Below, one piece after another: positions 23,147 through 36,395 of a stretch of DNA of 64,000 nucleotides. The notes under the pieces are model-generated. The model was not told the DNA's origin and searched no databases. It worked only from the letters and a program-made list of their open reading frames with translations. Position 1 is the first letter of the stretch. Every line of letters begins with the position of its first letter. The stretch is from Cycas panzhihuaensis (taxonomy: Eukaryota; Plantae; Cycadophyta). The position numbers and the translations under genes were made by a program. Location: positions 110,057,741 to 110,121,740 of the forward strand of contig CM041465.1 in the NCBI GenBank assembly GCA_023213395.1, written 5' to 3'.

Positions 23147-25778
23147 AGATTGGCTCAGGTAAGCATAGGTATGCTTCCTCCTTTTCACCTTTATTATTTC
23201 TTTGGAAAGTTAGATAGAAGCATCGCCTCATTGCATGGTTACCTGTCACATTCAAGTGATCACCTTGCACCTATTGCTTGATCATGCTACTTGTCATCTT
23301 TTCAGCCTATGATGACTCGTGGGACCTACCTCTCCTTAAGGCAAGCATCCCCATGGTGCTCTACAACCCTCTGCACCACCTCCATCTCACCTCAAGCCTC
23401 ACCTAACTCGTGTGACCCACTCACACCTTGATTTTGCTTATTTTCGTAGCATTTCTAGGAATCCCAACTCTTGATGTCCCATTTGGTCTAGCCTACATGT
23501 CACCTGGACTGTCCCCAACCACTTGGACAAGAGGTCCAGCCCCTCCTAGACTTAGCACATCTCCATTTAGGGCTCCCATAACCTTTTCCATTGCTATTTT
23601 AGCATTTTGGTCTCGCACCGCTGTAAACTTAGTGGTACCATAAAGTTTACTATGGTACCGCAAAGTTTACCGTGGTGCAACTGTTACACTCTATTTTTTA
23701 ATCTGCCATGGCAGTTCTCACTTTTTTTACAAAACTTCCACGTGGATAAGTCACCAACTCAGCCCTACTTGAACCCTAATCACTCAATTAGGGTTAGGAT
23801 AGGTATATATCATGAAAAGTACCTCATTTTACCTCTCTTAGCTCTCCAACAACACTTCCTACTCTTGCAATCCTACTCTCTCCTTCTTCTCTTTTTATAA
23901 GTACACCTGCGATGCTAGGTTTTCTGTCATTCCAGCCTAGGATTCGCTTGTAGTAGCTCTAGTATGTCATAGAGGACTCTCCATCAAGCATCTTTAAGTG
24001 AGATCTCCATGCTTATTCCTTAGGTTTCTTCAAATAAGTTCCTCCTGCAACACCACCTTGTAAAGTACATTGGGAACCTTGCAGGATCTGCCTTCTTCCA
24101 CTATTTGTAGGGGTAGATCCAACCCCAACACAGCCTAGCAGGTACCTTGTACTCAATTTTATATTTTAGTGCTTATTTGTTCCATTAAAAGCTTGTCTAA
24201 AAGGATTTTGTCCTCTCTTTTTTATGTTTTTACTGCAAAAGAGAGTATTTTTTCCTATTTTTGGCTTCGATACCTTGAGGTTTCTCCCATTCTCTGCTGG
24301 TTTCTCTTAAGAAAGTTATGGGAAAGGGTCCACAAGGACTGGGTGAAGGGAGTTAAGGCAGGATCCATTGCATTGAGCCTACTCCCGAAGGGCAAACCCT
24401 TTCCCATCCTTCCTCTCTTATGCCTGTGCAAACCCCTTCCCATCCTTCCTCTCTTATGCATGTGCTTCTCTTGGGCAAACTGGGAGTCTGTGAGACCTAG
24501 CCTGCATTGGTTATCAGCGTACGTAGCCCTTGTTGCACTAGTTCTAGGTCAGCACGCTCTCCCTTTGGGCCCTCTTTAAGTCCCAAACATTGTCCCAACT
24601 CTGTCCGGACCCTTAACAAGGCCAGTGTAGTAATTCGCTACCCATAACATCTTCGTTATGCAGGCGACTCTTCCACATCATATAGCATTCACTCATCTTC
24701 CTGCTTATTCCCCATAGGTTTCCTTAAAACCATTGTACTTTTATATCCTGAGGCTGCTAGAGGTCCACTTGCGGGAGGGTTGGCCATCCTGAGGCCAATA
24801 TCTCTTTCTTCTTAGCATACATTGTCTTTCTTTAAAGGAATGGAGAGTTGATTTGAATAGTAGATTCACTAACTTAAGGTACAAAACTCTAGTGTTTATT
24901 TTATATCATTGTATGTACATTGTCTTGCATCTTGGTAGCCCCTTCTTGGAAGGGAAAACACTTTTGCGATTGTAGGTTTTCTGGTAGTGTTTGTGAAGGG
25001 AAAGAACGCACTAATCTGGGTAAGCCCTTGCTCTTCTTTCCCCTTTCATCTCCTACTTTCTTGTATGGTCTTAGGCTGTCTTTGCTTTCCTAATAAGTCA
25101 CATAAAGGTAAAAGGGTAACAAACCAATTTATTTGCATTTGCTTTGCATATGTGTGCCACATGATTTCTTTTATAGGAAAAGGGACATAATAGGAATTGC
25201 ACCTCCTCCTTCCTTCCTGCTTCAACCGAAGGCACCCCTTAGTTGGACATCGCCTTAGCATGCATGCTTGAGTGCTCATAAAATGCTTTCTTTCTTTTCT
25301 TTTCCTTGACTTTTGTTACTAAAAGGAAAAGAGAGAGAGGGAGTGTAGTTCTTGATCCCCTTCAACTTATATAGTGATAAGGACTCTCCTTTCACTATTA
25401 CCCCTTTTTCCATTTAGACTCACCTTAGGCTAGTTGGCCTAAGTAGGACCTACCTGTACTTGTCTTATACCCCTTTGCCTATTGCACCTTATCCTACATT
25501 CCTTCACTACAGGAACTCTCTCCTTTTATTAAGTCTCTCCTTCTCCCTTCTGTCCATCCAAGGGTGGGAGGACCTCATCCTTTGGGATTGCCCAAGATAC
25601 TCTCTCGTATGTATCTTGTCCATTGAGCCTGAAATGGGTCCCAAAATCGTACTCCAGTGCACGAATGCCCTATGTGGTGTTCTCTTCTACTTGTAGGACC
25701 TTACCCACATTCTGGCATTAGTCGTTGACCATCTTAACCCCTATTAAGTGTAGTGACCATCCCATAGATGTGATTCCA
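23147..25778 (+). repeat. 5' LTR of element B (continues from 17304-17334)
   Basis: Its 3' part (25314-25778) is repeated at 30901-31400; its start is homologous to element D's LTR start; followed by the PBS. Confidence 0.85.
24392..24463. repeat. 36-bp tandem duplication in B's LTR
   Basis: gcaaaccc(t/c)ttcccatccttcctctcttatgc(c/a)tgt twice. Confidence 0.92.
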
Positions 25779-25798
25779 CTCGCGACCATACTAGGGAC
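25779..25798 (+). other. PBS of element B
   Basis: ctcgcgaccatactagggac directly after the LTR end; homologous to the PBS of A and D. Confidence 0.7.
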
Positions 25799-25939
25799 CT
25801 ACTAGTAAGGGAGTTAGTCTTTATCTCTTCCTGTTGGTACTACTACCTCTTAGTGGCTTTCTCCTTTTATCCCTTTGTTGGGCAGCCTTGAATGCATACC
25901 TTACATTCCTCTGTCTCTTCTAACACGTTGGCGAATCTT

Positions 25940-28900
25940 GCATATGATGCTTCTCACATCGCCTACGAGGCTTACCCCCCTTGTTAGAAGATCCCACATA
26001 CCACCTCCTTCCATCATCAGACTCTAATTCGAAAGTGGAAGGATATCCTTTGGATTGGGCATAGCATGCCTTTGCTTTCGGAGCCCATGAGTTCCCTACA
26101 TATTTCCCAGGGTCCACCCAAGAGGGTGACAACCCTATCTACTACTCAAGTGATTAACAACACCCACATGATGCCCATCCCTCCACTCACAAAGTGGAGG
26201 GTCCATCTTCTCTTAGGATTTATCACCCAGGTGGTGATTCTTACGACTAGCGTCCTAGGGGGTCCACTTCGTTAGAGGTCCCTTCTACCTCTTACGACCA
26301 AGTGGATACCCCTCCCATCGATGTGGTTGAAGCCCACAAAGAGTGCTTTCATGCTGCTCACCTTCAACCATGTCCTAAGTGGTTTGAAGATGCCTTGCGT
26401 GGTGGGGCACCTTCCTTATCTGCATCTACCCCTCTGCCTTCATCCACGTCTATCCCACCTATGACAAGCAATATGTTTGTCCCACCGCATCAGTCCCGTC
26501 CAATTCTTACATCCGCTCTAGGGATGTCTGTTGCGCCTTCTACTTCTCATCACAGTCCCAACTCTTCTGGGACCTCTTATGGTATGTCTTTCTCCCAGCT
26601 TGGGGTTAGCATACCTCTCCCTAGCCAAGAGAATATGCCACCTTCTAATGTGGCACACATATTCCTTATTAGAACCAGAGGACCTACTAATGCCTCTACT
26701 ACTAGTCTTATGGGACCTATCTTCACATGCGCCTAAACTCAGTCTAGTGGGCCTTCTCTTTACGTACCTACAGGCTATATATCTCAGCCTTAGGTGCATG
26801 GTAAAGTGAACCACATTCCTATTTATGGGGTGGACCCTTCACACCCGTATGGGGTCATGCCACCCACAGGTGGCTAATATGGGCAGAATCTGGTCCCTCA
26901 CATCTCGTTTCCACCATCTTGCATAGCACCTTACATTGTGCCTTCTCAAGGAGGTCTAACTCCCTTTTAAGGAGCCTTTCCTTAAGTCCCTTTTCAATAA
27001 GGGGCATTTCCTCAAGGAGGAATGGGTCCTCTACCCCCATCTGCTCCTTATTCATTGCCTTCTTTATCTTTCGTCAATCCTATGATCCAGGCAAGGGAAC
27101 ATCCCTTCATGGATTATAGATCGACACCCTTGTCTATTAAGGCGCTAATGACCAACTTACTGCCTCATCCCCCTGAAGTTCCTAGTTTGATGGAACTTCA
27201 TCGCAGGATCTGGTAGAGCATGTTCATAGTTTCTCTATAGCATGCATAGGCTATTGGGCCTACGATCACATCTTGATGAAACTATTTCTACAATCTCTTC
27301 AAGACGATGCCCTAAACTGGTTTTATCGCCTACCCTCTCATTCCATCTTCTCATTCCAGCAACTCGTGGATGAGTTCATCAACTATTTTGATGTAGCTCA
27401 TCCATTTAAGAGTAGAATGAAATCTCTGCTCTTGCTTAAATAAGGTCATGATCAGATGAATCATGACTTTGTGAAGCGATTCCATGACCTCCTCCATTCC
27501 ACTAAGGCTACTTTGCTTGAGGAATTGAAGAGGGACATCTTTATCAATGCACTTCACCCAAAAGTCCATGTGGAAGTCCTTAAGATGGGGGAAGCCACAT
27601 GTGATTCCTCCATCATGAAATGCTTAGCACTTGAAGCTATTAAGATCCGGGCTGGACTTAAGAATCCCCTAAAGTCCTCACAGTGACATGAGGCACCTCT
27701 ACCAACCAAAGAAACCAAAACCCAACAATCCACTAGGTCTTCTTCCCACTTAATTGAGAAGACCCTGGATCCTCTTACCTTTGCCATACATTCATTCAAA
27801 CATACAATGAAGGAACTCAAGATTTAAGCTCCTTCATCACCCACATCTAACAAACCAATCCAACAAGCTTCCCAAGCTGCTCCTCCTAAGGGCAACAACA
27901 CCCAGTCCTCTCAAATGAGGAGACCTGATCCCTCACTTGAGAAGAAGTGGTGCTCCGTTCATGGAGAATGCTTCCATAATGATTCACGTTGCTGGGTTCA
28001 ACATCTTAGGGATGCCTCGCAACACAACCCATCTCCCAAACAGGCCTCAAAACCCAACCTTGACCAACCAGTCCATAGAGATCCATTTCCCTAGCATGGG
28101 GAATGAGATCACAACTCTCAACAAAAGAATAACCAGAACCAAGGGAGGTCTCCTAACTCCCGCCCTTCACACGGTAAAAGGAAGGGTGCATGAGGTTCGT
28201 CTCCTTCTTCACATTCCCTAGATCATCATACCCCTTCACCTTCGCGATCTCAAAACAAGGGAAAGAAGGTGATCTAGATGCTTGAGGCCACCCCTCTATA
28301 TGTATTAACTCAGTCTTAAGCCACCAAAGAGGCAACCGGTGCCTCCTCATCTATCCCACATCCTGATCCTCTTCCAGAAACCTCTCTTCTAGAAGTTCCT
28401 TTGCTTACCAAAACCATTCCCATTTGCCCAGGTTGCTACGACTTTAGGAGAGCCCTTCCTCAACCTATGGTGGAAGGAAGGCCCTTTTTCGTTGTCGATG
28501 AGCTTCATACTATGGCCACTGGGATGTCCATTATGGATGCCTTGAGAAGTTATCCTAAACAACAGACATTCCTTTTGGATACTTTAGGATTGGGTGATGC
28601 ATTTGTCCATGCTTTGGGTATTGCTCAAAGTCGTAAGCCTATCATTTCTTTCAATCCTAATGACCTTCCCCTTGCTTGTGAAAGGGAGTGCCAGTGGAAC
28701 TTCCCTTTTACCATTACTATTGATACACCTGATTGCACTTTATGAAGGACTATTTTCGACAATGGTTCTTTCGTTAATGCCATGACCTTGTATGTCATGT
28801 AAGAGCTTGGCATTTATGCCTTAGAACCTATTCCATGGCGATGCTAAGGCTATGATGGTAGCAAGAAGACTCCTTTAGGATCTGTTTCGATCCTTCTTAC

Positions 28901-30900
28901 TCTCAAGAACAAGACTGTCCTTACTAATATTATAGTCCTTGGTGTAGATATCGACTACAATCTTCTTTTGGGTCAACCATGGCTCAATCAAATGGAAGCC
29001 ATGTGTTCGACCCGCTGGGGGCAACTCAAGTTCATCCACGATGGGCGAATAAGGCCCGTGTCCCATGAATGCCCACTTATTAAATAATCCCATCAAACTA
29101 GTCAAGCGAGCCATGGTCGAGTGAAGGGGAATAAAGGCCTTCTACCTATGCCTTAGCTTGTTCTATTAGCATCCCCGATTCATCTCATTCAGAAGAAGAT
29201 CATGCATCCTCTTCTTATGGCCTTACCTGTTTCGCTCCTGTTGGTGTTGGAAGCTATAGGTACATTGCCATATTTACTGACGACGAGTCATATGGTGAGG
29301 ATGAGGACCTCCCTCACTCTGTTTCTTTTCTTTGCACTAGTAGGGGGCACTCTCCTGGCTCTAGGTCCTAACCTAGAAGCTTTCTCATTGGAGAGACCAA
29401 TCACCCCCTTATATCGCATGTTATTGCTTGTATTGATCCATCAATCCTTGAGTCTTCCCCTTCATCGTCCCCTAAAGGTGATGAATCCAGGGAACCTCCT
29501 TTCATCCCTTACAAGGGGCCCCTTCCCGACTCTTCCGTAGAGTCTCTTAGGGATGTTGGGTAGCCTATCAACCATCATGGTCCTGTTGCTCCCACTTCAT
29601 TTTGCACCTTGTCTATTCAAAGTAAGGTCATCCACGGGGTAGATTACTTCGAAGATAATGAGACTCTACTCGAGGACTTAGCGGGCTCTGTGCCTAACCT
29701 TCCTTCTGGTCACCATAGACTTGGCCACTAGAGGTCTTAGTGATTGGGTCCACCCTTGCTGACCCAATCCCATCTCCTCCCGTTGACCTTACCCCCCTCC
29801 ATTTCAAGGAGGGGAATGCCATGTGCATGGGGACAACCCAGGACATAGTCCTCATCCCAGGTAAGGTCATTAAGGTGGGAGGAAAATGTTCTCCTGATGA
29901 AGTAAGGGAGTATTCCCTTTTGCTGTAGGAGTTCTAAGATGTTTTTACGTGGGATTACTCTAACATAAAAGGAGTCGACCCCTCCATCATCACCCACAAC
30001 CTTACCACCATTCCTGGTGCTCGCCCCATGCGCTAGAAACAATGCCCACTCCATCCCAAACTCTTAGCCACCATTAAAATGGAGGTTGAGAAACTCCTAG
30101 ATGCAGGACTAATTGCTTCCATTGACTACCCTAAATGGGTATCTAACATTGTCCCCATTTCTAAAAAGAATGGGACCATCCAGATATGCATTGACTTCCG
30201 TGACATTAATAATGCATATCCTAAAGACAACTTTCCACTTTTATTCATCGATCAGATCATCGTTTGAACCACTAGTTTTGAAGTCATGTCCTTGATGAAT
30301 GACTTCTCTGGTTACAATCAAATTCAAATCTCTCCCGAAGGCTACCATAAGATGGCCTTCACCACCCCATGAGGTACCTTCACCTATAAGGCGATGCCCT
30401 TTAGATTGAAGAATATAGGTGCCACTTATCAAAGGGCGATGCATTTCATCTTTCACGACCTTATCAACAAGATGTTGGAGGTCTTTATGGATGATATGAT
30501 GGGTCTCTCGTGTGTTAGAGCACATCACCCTTCATATTTATGGGCCATCTTTGCATGATGCTGCAAATACCATGTAAGTCTCAACCAGCTCAAATGCATG
30601 TTCACTGTCACTTCTAGCAAGCTCCTTGGTTTCCTCATGTTGAAACAAGGAATTCAAAATGACCCTGATAAAGTCAAGGTAGTCCTTGACATGCCACAAC
30701 CTAGAACTCAACAACAAATTGAGTCATTTTTAGGTAGGCTCAGGTTCCTTAGGTGTTTTTTGGTGAACTTCACCATGAACGCCAAACCTCTTACTAACCT
30801 ATTAAAGAAGGGAGCCCTATTTATTTAGTCGGTTAAGGCCCAACAAGCTTTCAAAGGACTTAAGGAAGCTCTTGCTTCTGCTTTGATGTTAGCGCCCCCT
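25940..30900 (+). pseudogene. gag-PR-RT of element B, truncated before RNase H
   Basis: Gag core 27110-27700; KWCSVHGECFHNDSRC knuckle at about 27945; FDNGSFVNAM at about 28755; CIDFRDINNAYPKDNFPL; VFMDD at 30484-30495. Confidence 0.92.
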
Positions 30901-31400
30901 TGTTATTAAAAAGAAAAGAGAGAGTGGGAGTGTAGTTCTTGATCCCCTTCAGGTTATATAGCGGTAAGGACTCTCCTTTCACTATTACCCCTTTTTCCAT
31001 TTAGACTCACCTTAGGCTAGTTAGCCTAAGGAGGACCTACCTGCACTTATCTTGTACCCCTTTACCTATTGCACCTCATCCTATGTTCCTTCACTACAGG
31101 AACTCTCTCCTTTTGTTGAGTCTCTCCTTCTCTCTTCCAACCATCTAAGGGTGGGAAGGCCTCATCCTTTGGGACTGCCCAAGATACTCTCTCGCACGTA
31201 TCTTATCCCTTGAGCCCAAAAGCAAAAGCTACTCTAAGAAAATTAGGCACTATTCGTGGGTCCCAAACTTGCGCTATGCCATACGGACGCCCTGTGTGGT
31301 GTTCTCTTCTGCTTGTAGGACCTTACCCATATTTTAGCATTAGTCATTGACCATCTTAACCCCTACTAAGTGTAGTGACCATCTCGCAGATGTGATTCCA
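30901..31400 (+). repeat. Truncated 3' LTR of element B
   Basis: Aligns with 25314-25778. Confidence 0.9.
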
Positions 31401-32478
31401 AATGCTAGAATGAGAGGTAGTTCTAACAAGCATGCTTGAAATCTAGAAGTTTGTCATCAAAGAGGTAAGGTTTTGAGTATTGAGATAACAAGAAGGAGGT
31501 AATATTACAACCATCCAAAAGCAACTAAATTGTAAACTCTTCTTTGATAACAAGAAGAGTGGGATGGTGCAAAAGTACGAAGAAAGAAGAGTGGAAGAAA
31601 GCCATGGGTATCTTATGGTGATTGAGTTACAAGTTCTTCTTGGGATACTAAAAAGAACCAAACAATCTTTTAAGTTTATGGTTTCTATGTTGTTAGGATA
31701 TAGTTTAGTCTCTTTTGGGTATTTGGAGCTGAGTTTTAGTCTCGTATAAGGAAGGTTATTGCCAAAGAAATGAAATATACAAAAGACTAAAATAAGTATA
31801 TAATACAAATATGCAACTTCTCCTTCTTAGTCCCCCCACTCTCTTTTACCTATAGATGAGTGCAATGAGGCTAAAATATAGAAGGAGGAAAGGGAATAGT
31901 GTAATGCAAGGTGTTTCCTTACATGAGTATACCTCCTCTTAGGTAGGACAAGGATTGACTTCCTTTAGGTAATGAAGGATCTAATAAATATTCTTGAAAT
32001 CCATGCAAATGATATACTCCTTTCTTCTCTTCTATTTTACAACATGCAACCGAGGAGAACTTCCAACAAGAAAAAAAATTAATTCTTTTTTTATTTTGTG
32101 GAACAAAAGGTAGAATTAAGGAGAAAGGGAGGAGAGGAAGAGTGCACCTAGTTACAATGTTCAGTGTTGTATTTTATTGTGCCTCTAGTTGCCATTCCTC
32201 ATAATATGCTCCCACAAGTTGTTGATTATCTTTGCTTCTATTGTTTACTATAAGAGTTATTAGAGTTGGAGGGAGAGGCTTCCTTACCATCCCCTAACCT
32301 CCAAGTGGGGCTTACCTACCTTCCCTAACTATGAAATAATGTAGGGAAGAAATAGAAAACAAAATAGAAACAAAACTTGAAATGAGCATAATGTTACCTT
32401 TTGCAATATGTCACCTTGATTAGTAAAGAAAGTATCCAACCTATAATACAAGACAAACAACACTTTCCACAAGTAATA

Positions 32479-32509
<31 letters not shown>

Positions 32510-34300
32510 TGGTAAAACAAAGTTAGTATGTCCATTTGTGAGCCGAAAAAAGGAAACAAATACAGTGTTGTATGTTTCTTATTTACTATTTTTGTATGCA
32601 ACAATTGAAGCAAATGTAGAAGGGAGAGGATAAGGGTGTTGCCTTGAGATAGGAAGCTCCTCTATATTGTGATGAATCCCTATGAGCTATGGGTAGCTCA
32701 CTTGGCTTGGTGTTACAAATGAATACAAAGTCAATGGATGTTTGTATAGGCCTCACAATGGATAAATCCCAAAACTAGTGGTGGAAACGCAGGGAAAGAT
32801 GCCTCAAAGCATATGGGAGGGAATTTCCCAAGTGAGAGGTACCTTTAGAAGTCAAAACTCTAGCCTATTAACCTCCTCACAAGCTCCCTTGGTTTGGTTT
32901 GGCCTTTCTATTTTCATAGGCTAGTGGATTTTATCTATGAGGAAGCGGTTGGTAACAAAATGGAGGTGTTGCCTCCTTGTTTTGAGTGAAAATGACTCTA
33001 AACCAAAATAAAATTAATCCAAACCTATAGATCTAGAGTTTCATACATTAAACGGCAAGGTAGAACCATCAAATAGGAAGTTCTAATAAGGAAAAACCAA
33101 GAAAAATAGACTTTTCATATAAACTTGGTAATTGTAGATGAAGAGAAACTTTTGGAAGGAAGAAACTTACGAATTTTGTGGATGAAAAGAGGAATTCTTT
33201 GGTTGTTTGATTTCTTAAAGGGTCATCCTAGCTTCCCTTGGCTTGGTCTTCCTTTGCCTTAACTACTCTTGGGCTATGTTTTTTGCTATGGAAGAAACCT
33301 ATGAAGTTTGTGTATTAGAGAGAGTGAAAAAGAGTTGGAGAGTAGAATTTGAGAGTAGATACTTGAAGAGAGCTTGATTCATGCCAAGGATGCCCAAAAT
33401 GAGTTTGAATTTGGGTTTTTGTTTGTCTAGTGAGGCCTCGAGACCATTGGGGCCCAATCTGCACTTATCTTGAGGTGAGATCATGCACTACCCAATAATT
33501 AATATGAGAATTAACTATTTCTAGCTATGGCTTAACTGTATAATAGTTGCCCCATGAAAATATTTACAGCACTACTAATATATTTGCGGTCCTACAAATA
33601 TATTAACGAGGCACAACTATCAAAGTGGTGCAGACAAAAATTACTATGGGGTAGTAGAATTACAAAAATAATAAAAAATAGTGAGTATCAATGAGAAAGG
33701 GAGGAGAATTCTGTATAAGTCCTCCCTAGAGGTCTGCACATCAATATGAAGCCATCCTATACACTAATAACTAATAAAAATGCATGATAGAGTCATCAAA
33801 CCATGTCAGAACCTCATGGGGATGATGACAACCAAGGTGCTAGAGTATGGATAGGGATTAAGTAGTGAATCCTAGTGAGATACATTGGGAAATCTCATAA
33901 TGTACAAGTAATGGGGTGCATCCATCTACTAAAACTCTGCAACAAACTATCCTGGATAGATCAAGTGATAGATAAAATGAAGAGACAAAGAGGAGGATGT
34001 GACCAAACAAGCATGGAACAAGCCAAGGAGCATGTGAGTTAGGCTACAGAGGCTCATGAGTACTAGTAATTAGGAGGGAGATCACTTGGGAGCTATCATG
34101 CCATTGGACTAGAGTCCTAGTCCTCATAGGTAGAAATGTCACACACAAGAAAGCTAATCAAGGAAGTCAATCAAGCACGCAGGCAGCCATACAAACATCA
34201 CATATCATAATAACTGTAGAAATTATAATAGAGTACAAGAGATAAAATATATACCTAATTATACCTACACGATGGTGTCTTAATCTATTCCCAGTGGTCA
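31401..34300 (-). repeat. 5' LTR of A, main piece
   Basis: Collinear with 1427-4415. Confidence 0.9.
32479..32505. repeat. (TG)n microsatellite
   Basis: Directly visible. Confidence 0.97.
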
Positions 34301-35009
34301 AGATCATTTTGATAAACATGAGAAGGATTAAAATAGATGTTAAGATATCATAAGATACCATATTTAGGTCATTAAAAGGCATATAAATTAAGGTCAATGA
34401 TAATCCTAGTTAATGAAATATATAATATTTCTTTCATTTATAAACAATCTATCTAGGAGTGGTTGTTAAAGAAAGACAAAACTAACCTGGATAGATGAAA
34501 TAGAGACAAGAAATTTTTTTGTCCAAAAAGCAAAGAAAAGACTCCCCTTTTTTACAAGAAAAATGATAAGGTTTAATTTCATTTTCATAGGTGGGAGCTA
34601 AAAACCCAATGACTTAAAAGGCCTACTTTCTAGATTTTAGATATGTTCAGAGACCATTTAGATGAGAGATTAGCTCTAAGAGGCGAGGATTAAGGAGATG
34701 CATCAAGGGGCTAGATATCTAGTGAGTCCTCTTTGTAATTTTTTTTAAACTAGATTTTTTGGTAAAAATGCAATGACACATGGGCTAGAAACATGACAGC
34801 TTAACTAAAATTATGACCAAAGAATCAAAAACATAATTTTGTAATTTGGAACAAAAATTAGAAGATCATGTTTTTTATAAAGAAATTATATTTTGAATTA
34901 TTTATCGCATTTTTCATTGTGTTATTATATTTTTTATTTTGAATAAAAAAGGGCAATTTTTCAAAAGTAAAAATTATGATCTAACTTGATTATTTTTACT
35001 ATGGTGTAG

Positions 35010-36296
35010 CCTTTAAAGAGGGTAGAGACTTAATAAAATAAGGTATTAGTGATTGGTGAGTTGATTAGCCAACTTACTAAGGAGGATTAAGCTCTATTGA
35101 GGACATGTGGGTTATCTCAAGCGAGTGGGTCAAGCCAACTGGTTATGGAATATAAGATTTTTCCCAACTTTATCAACTATAGATCCTAAGAAGGAATGTA
35201 TTTAGGGTACAATCTATTTGAGATACTCATATCACTCTTAGATACATAAGGATGATTTTATAAGTAAGTTGGCATGGAGAGAGGTTCAAACTTAATAGGG
35301 TGATCGATGATGAGTCTCAAAAGACCTATAATTAGTATCTCATTGGCTTCACCAATTAGTTTAGTCCTCATAGGATATTGATTGAGGCAATGAGGACAAT
35401 AGATGGGATACATGTAATACAGAATTTCATCACCTTAATCATTATATTCAATATTATGAGGATCCAAAACTTCATGGGGATCCCTGCATAGTGGGTTGGG
35501 GTAATCAAGAGATATGAGAAGGGGTCTAGGATGAAATGGGAGTAGTATATAGTAGATAGCATATGCTTTCATTTATCTAGGATTAGAAGGTAGGGTCATG
35601 GATGTTTTTCCTATAGTTCTATCATGATGTGTTAGTTGTATGACCACATCTCATTAATAAGGCTAGGTGGAGTACTAGGAGAGATGACTATTATAGATTT
35701 AGGGATGAATATATGGCATGTGAGAGCCCAAATCCATAATAGAATCACTATAGCAGAGAGGAGTACATAGATTCCTCTACTAAGTTGAATGACTAAAAGA
35801 CAGTTAGTAAAGGACCCATATGAGGGGTTATTAATATGGAGTGATAATGAGGTTGATATGGTTGAGAGAGTAATAGTAGAGGAGGCTCCTATTATAGCTA
35901 GAAGGAGATGGAGAGGAGGTAGAGGAGGAGGTGATAGATGATAGAATATAGTTTATTGAGGTAGGAGAGGAGAGAGAGATGAGACATCAACCAATATAGG
36001 TGGGAGAGGAGAGAGAGATAATCCATCAATAAGTGGAGGTGGAAGAGGAGGTAGAGATGTTCTCCAAGCAATAGGTAGAGCACAAGGTGGTGACAGAGGA
36101 GGCTCCATACAAAGTATGGAGTTAGGTTCAATAGATGGTTAAGGAAGAGCAGGAGATGGGAGTAGAGGAGGAGAGGGAGAGGCTCCTCAAGATGCTCCCC
36201 AAGATCCTTAAGGAGAGGCGACCTTATAATCAATATAGTAGATGGTGGTAGAGTCATCGAGAGGAGAAGAGCTAGAAGGAGGAGGACAACCAATAG
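35010..36296 (+). pseudogene. Antisense PMD-like exon plus Glu/Arg/Gly-rich linker, element C
   Basis: ALLRTCGL..DPRRNVFRV..HITLRYIRMIL..GIPA*WVGVIKRYE..KWE*YIVDSI..GHGCFSYSSIMMC*LYDHI..KDPY..WSD aligns block by block with 6654-7550. Confidence 0.68.
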
Positions 36297-36395
36297 GTAT
36301 GTTAGTATATATTTTGGATATGATTGATTTTTTCCCCTTAATTATCTACCTTTTCTATAGAAGACTAATCATGATTTATATGGTTTTATGGATAG
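36297..36395 (+). other. Putative intron in C's antisense gene
   Basis: G|GTATGT donor, CTAAT at 36365-36369, TAG acceptor; phase 1, same relative position as 7807-7950. Confidence 0.55.

Larger units (their letters stand above)
17304..31400 (+). mobile_element. Ty3/gypsy Tat-like element B, internally deleted, inserted in A's 5' LTR
   Basis: Starts TGTTTCC and ends TGATTCCA. A's LTR rejoins across it with 5 extra bases (gatat/aatgc, a transition-decayed TSD). Contains gag, PR and RT remnants. Confidence 0.87.
1107..34300 (-). mobile_element. Ty3/gypsy Tat-like LTR retrotransposon A (full length, decayed; hosts a solo LTR, element B and copia-1)
   Basis: Paired ~3.3 kb LTRs (1107-4427 vs 16983-17303 + 31401-34300), PBS at 16964-16981, PPT at 4428-4440, gag-PR-RT-RH-INT remnants on the - strand. 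Tentative TSD agagc (1102-1106) / agatc (34301-34305). Confidence 0.88.

Noticed and set aside
30484-30495. FMDD in place of YxDD in RT of A, B and D
   Set aside because: F at this position is common in plant gypsy RTs (for example Athila VFMDD); not novel.
35898-36293. Leu-rich 131-aa ORF suggesting a membrane or env-like protein
   Set aside because: It is the reverse complement of the purine-rich Glu/Arg/Gly linker of the antisense PMD gene.
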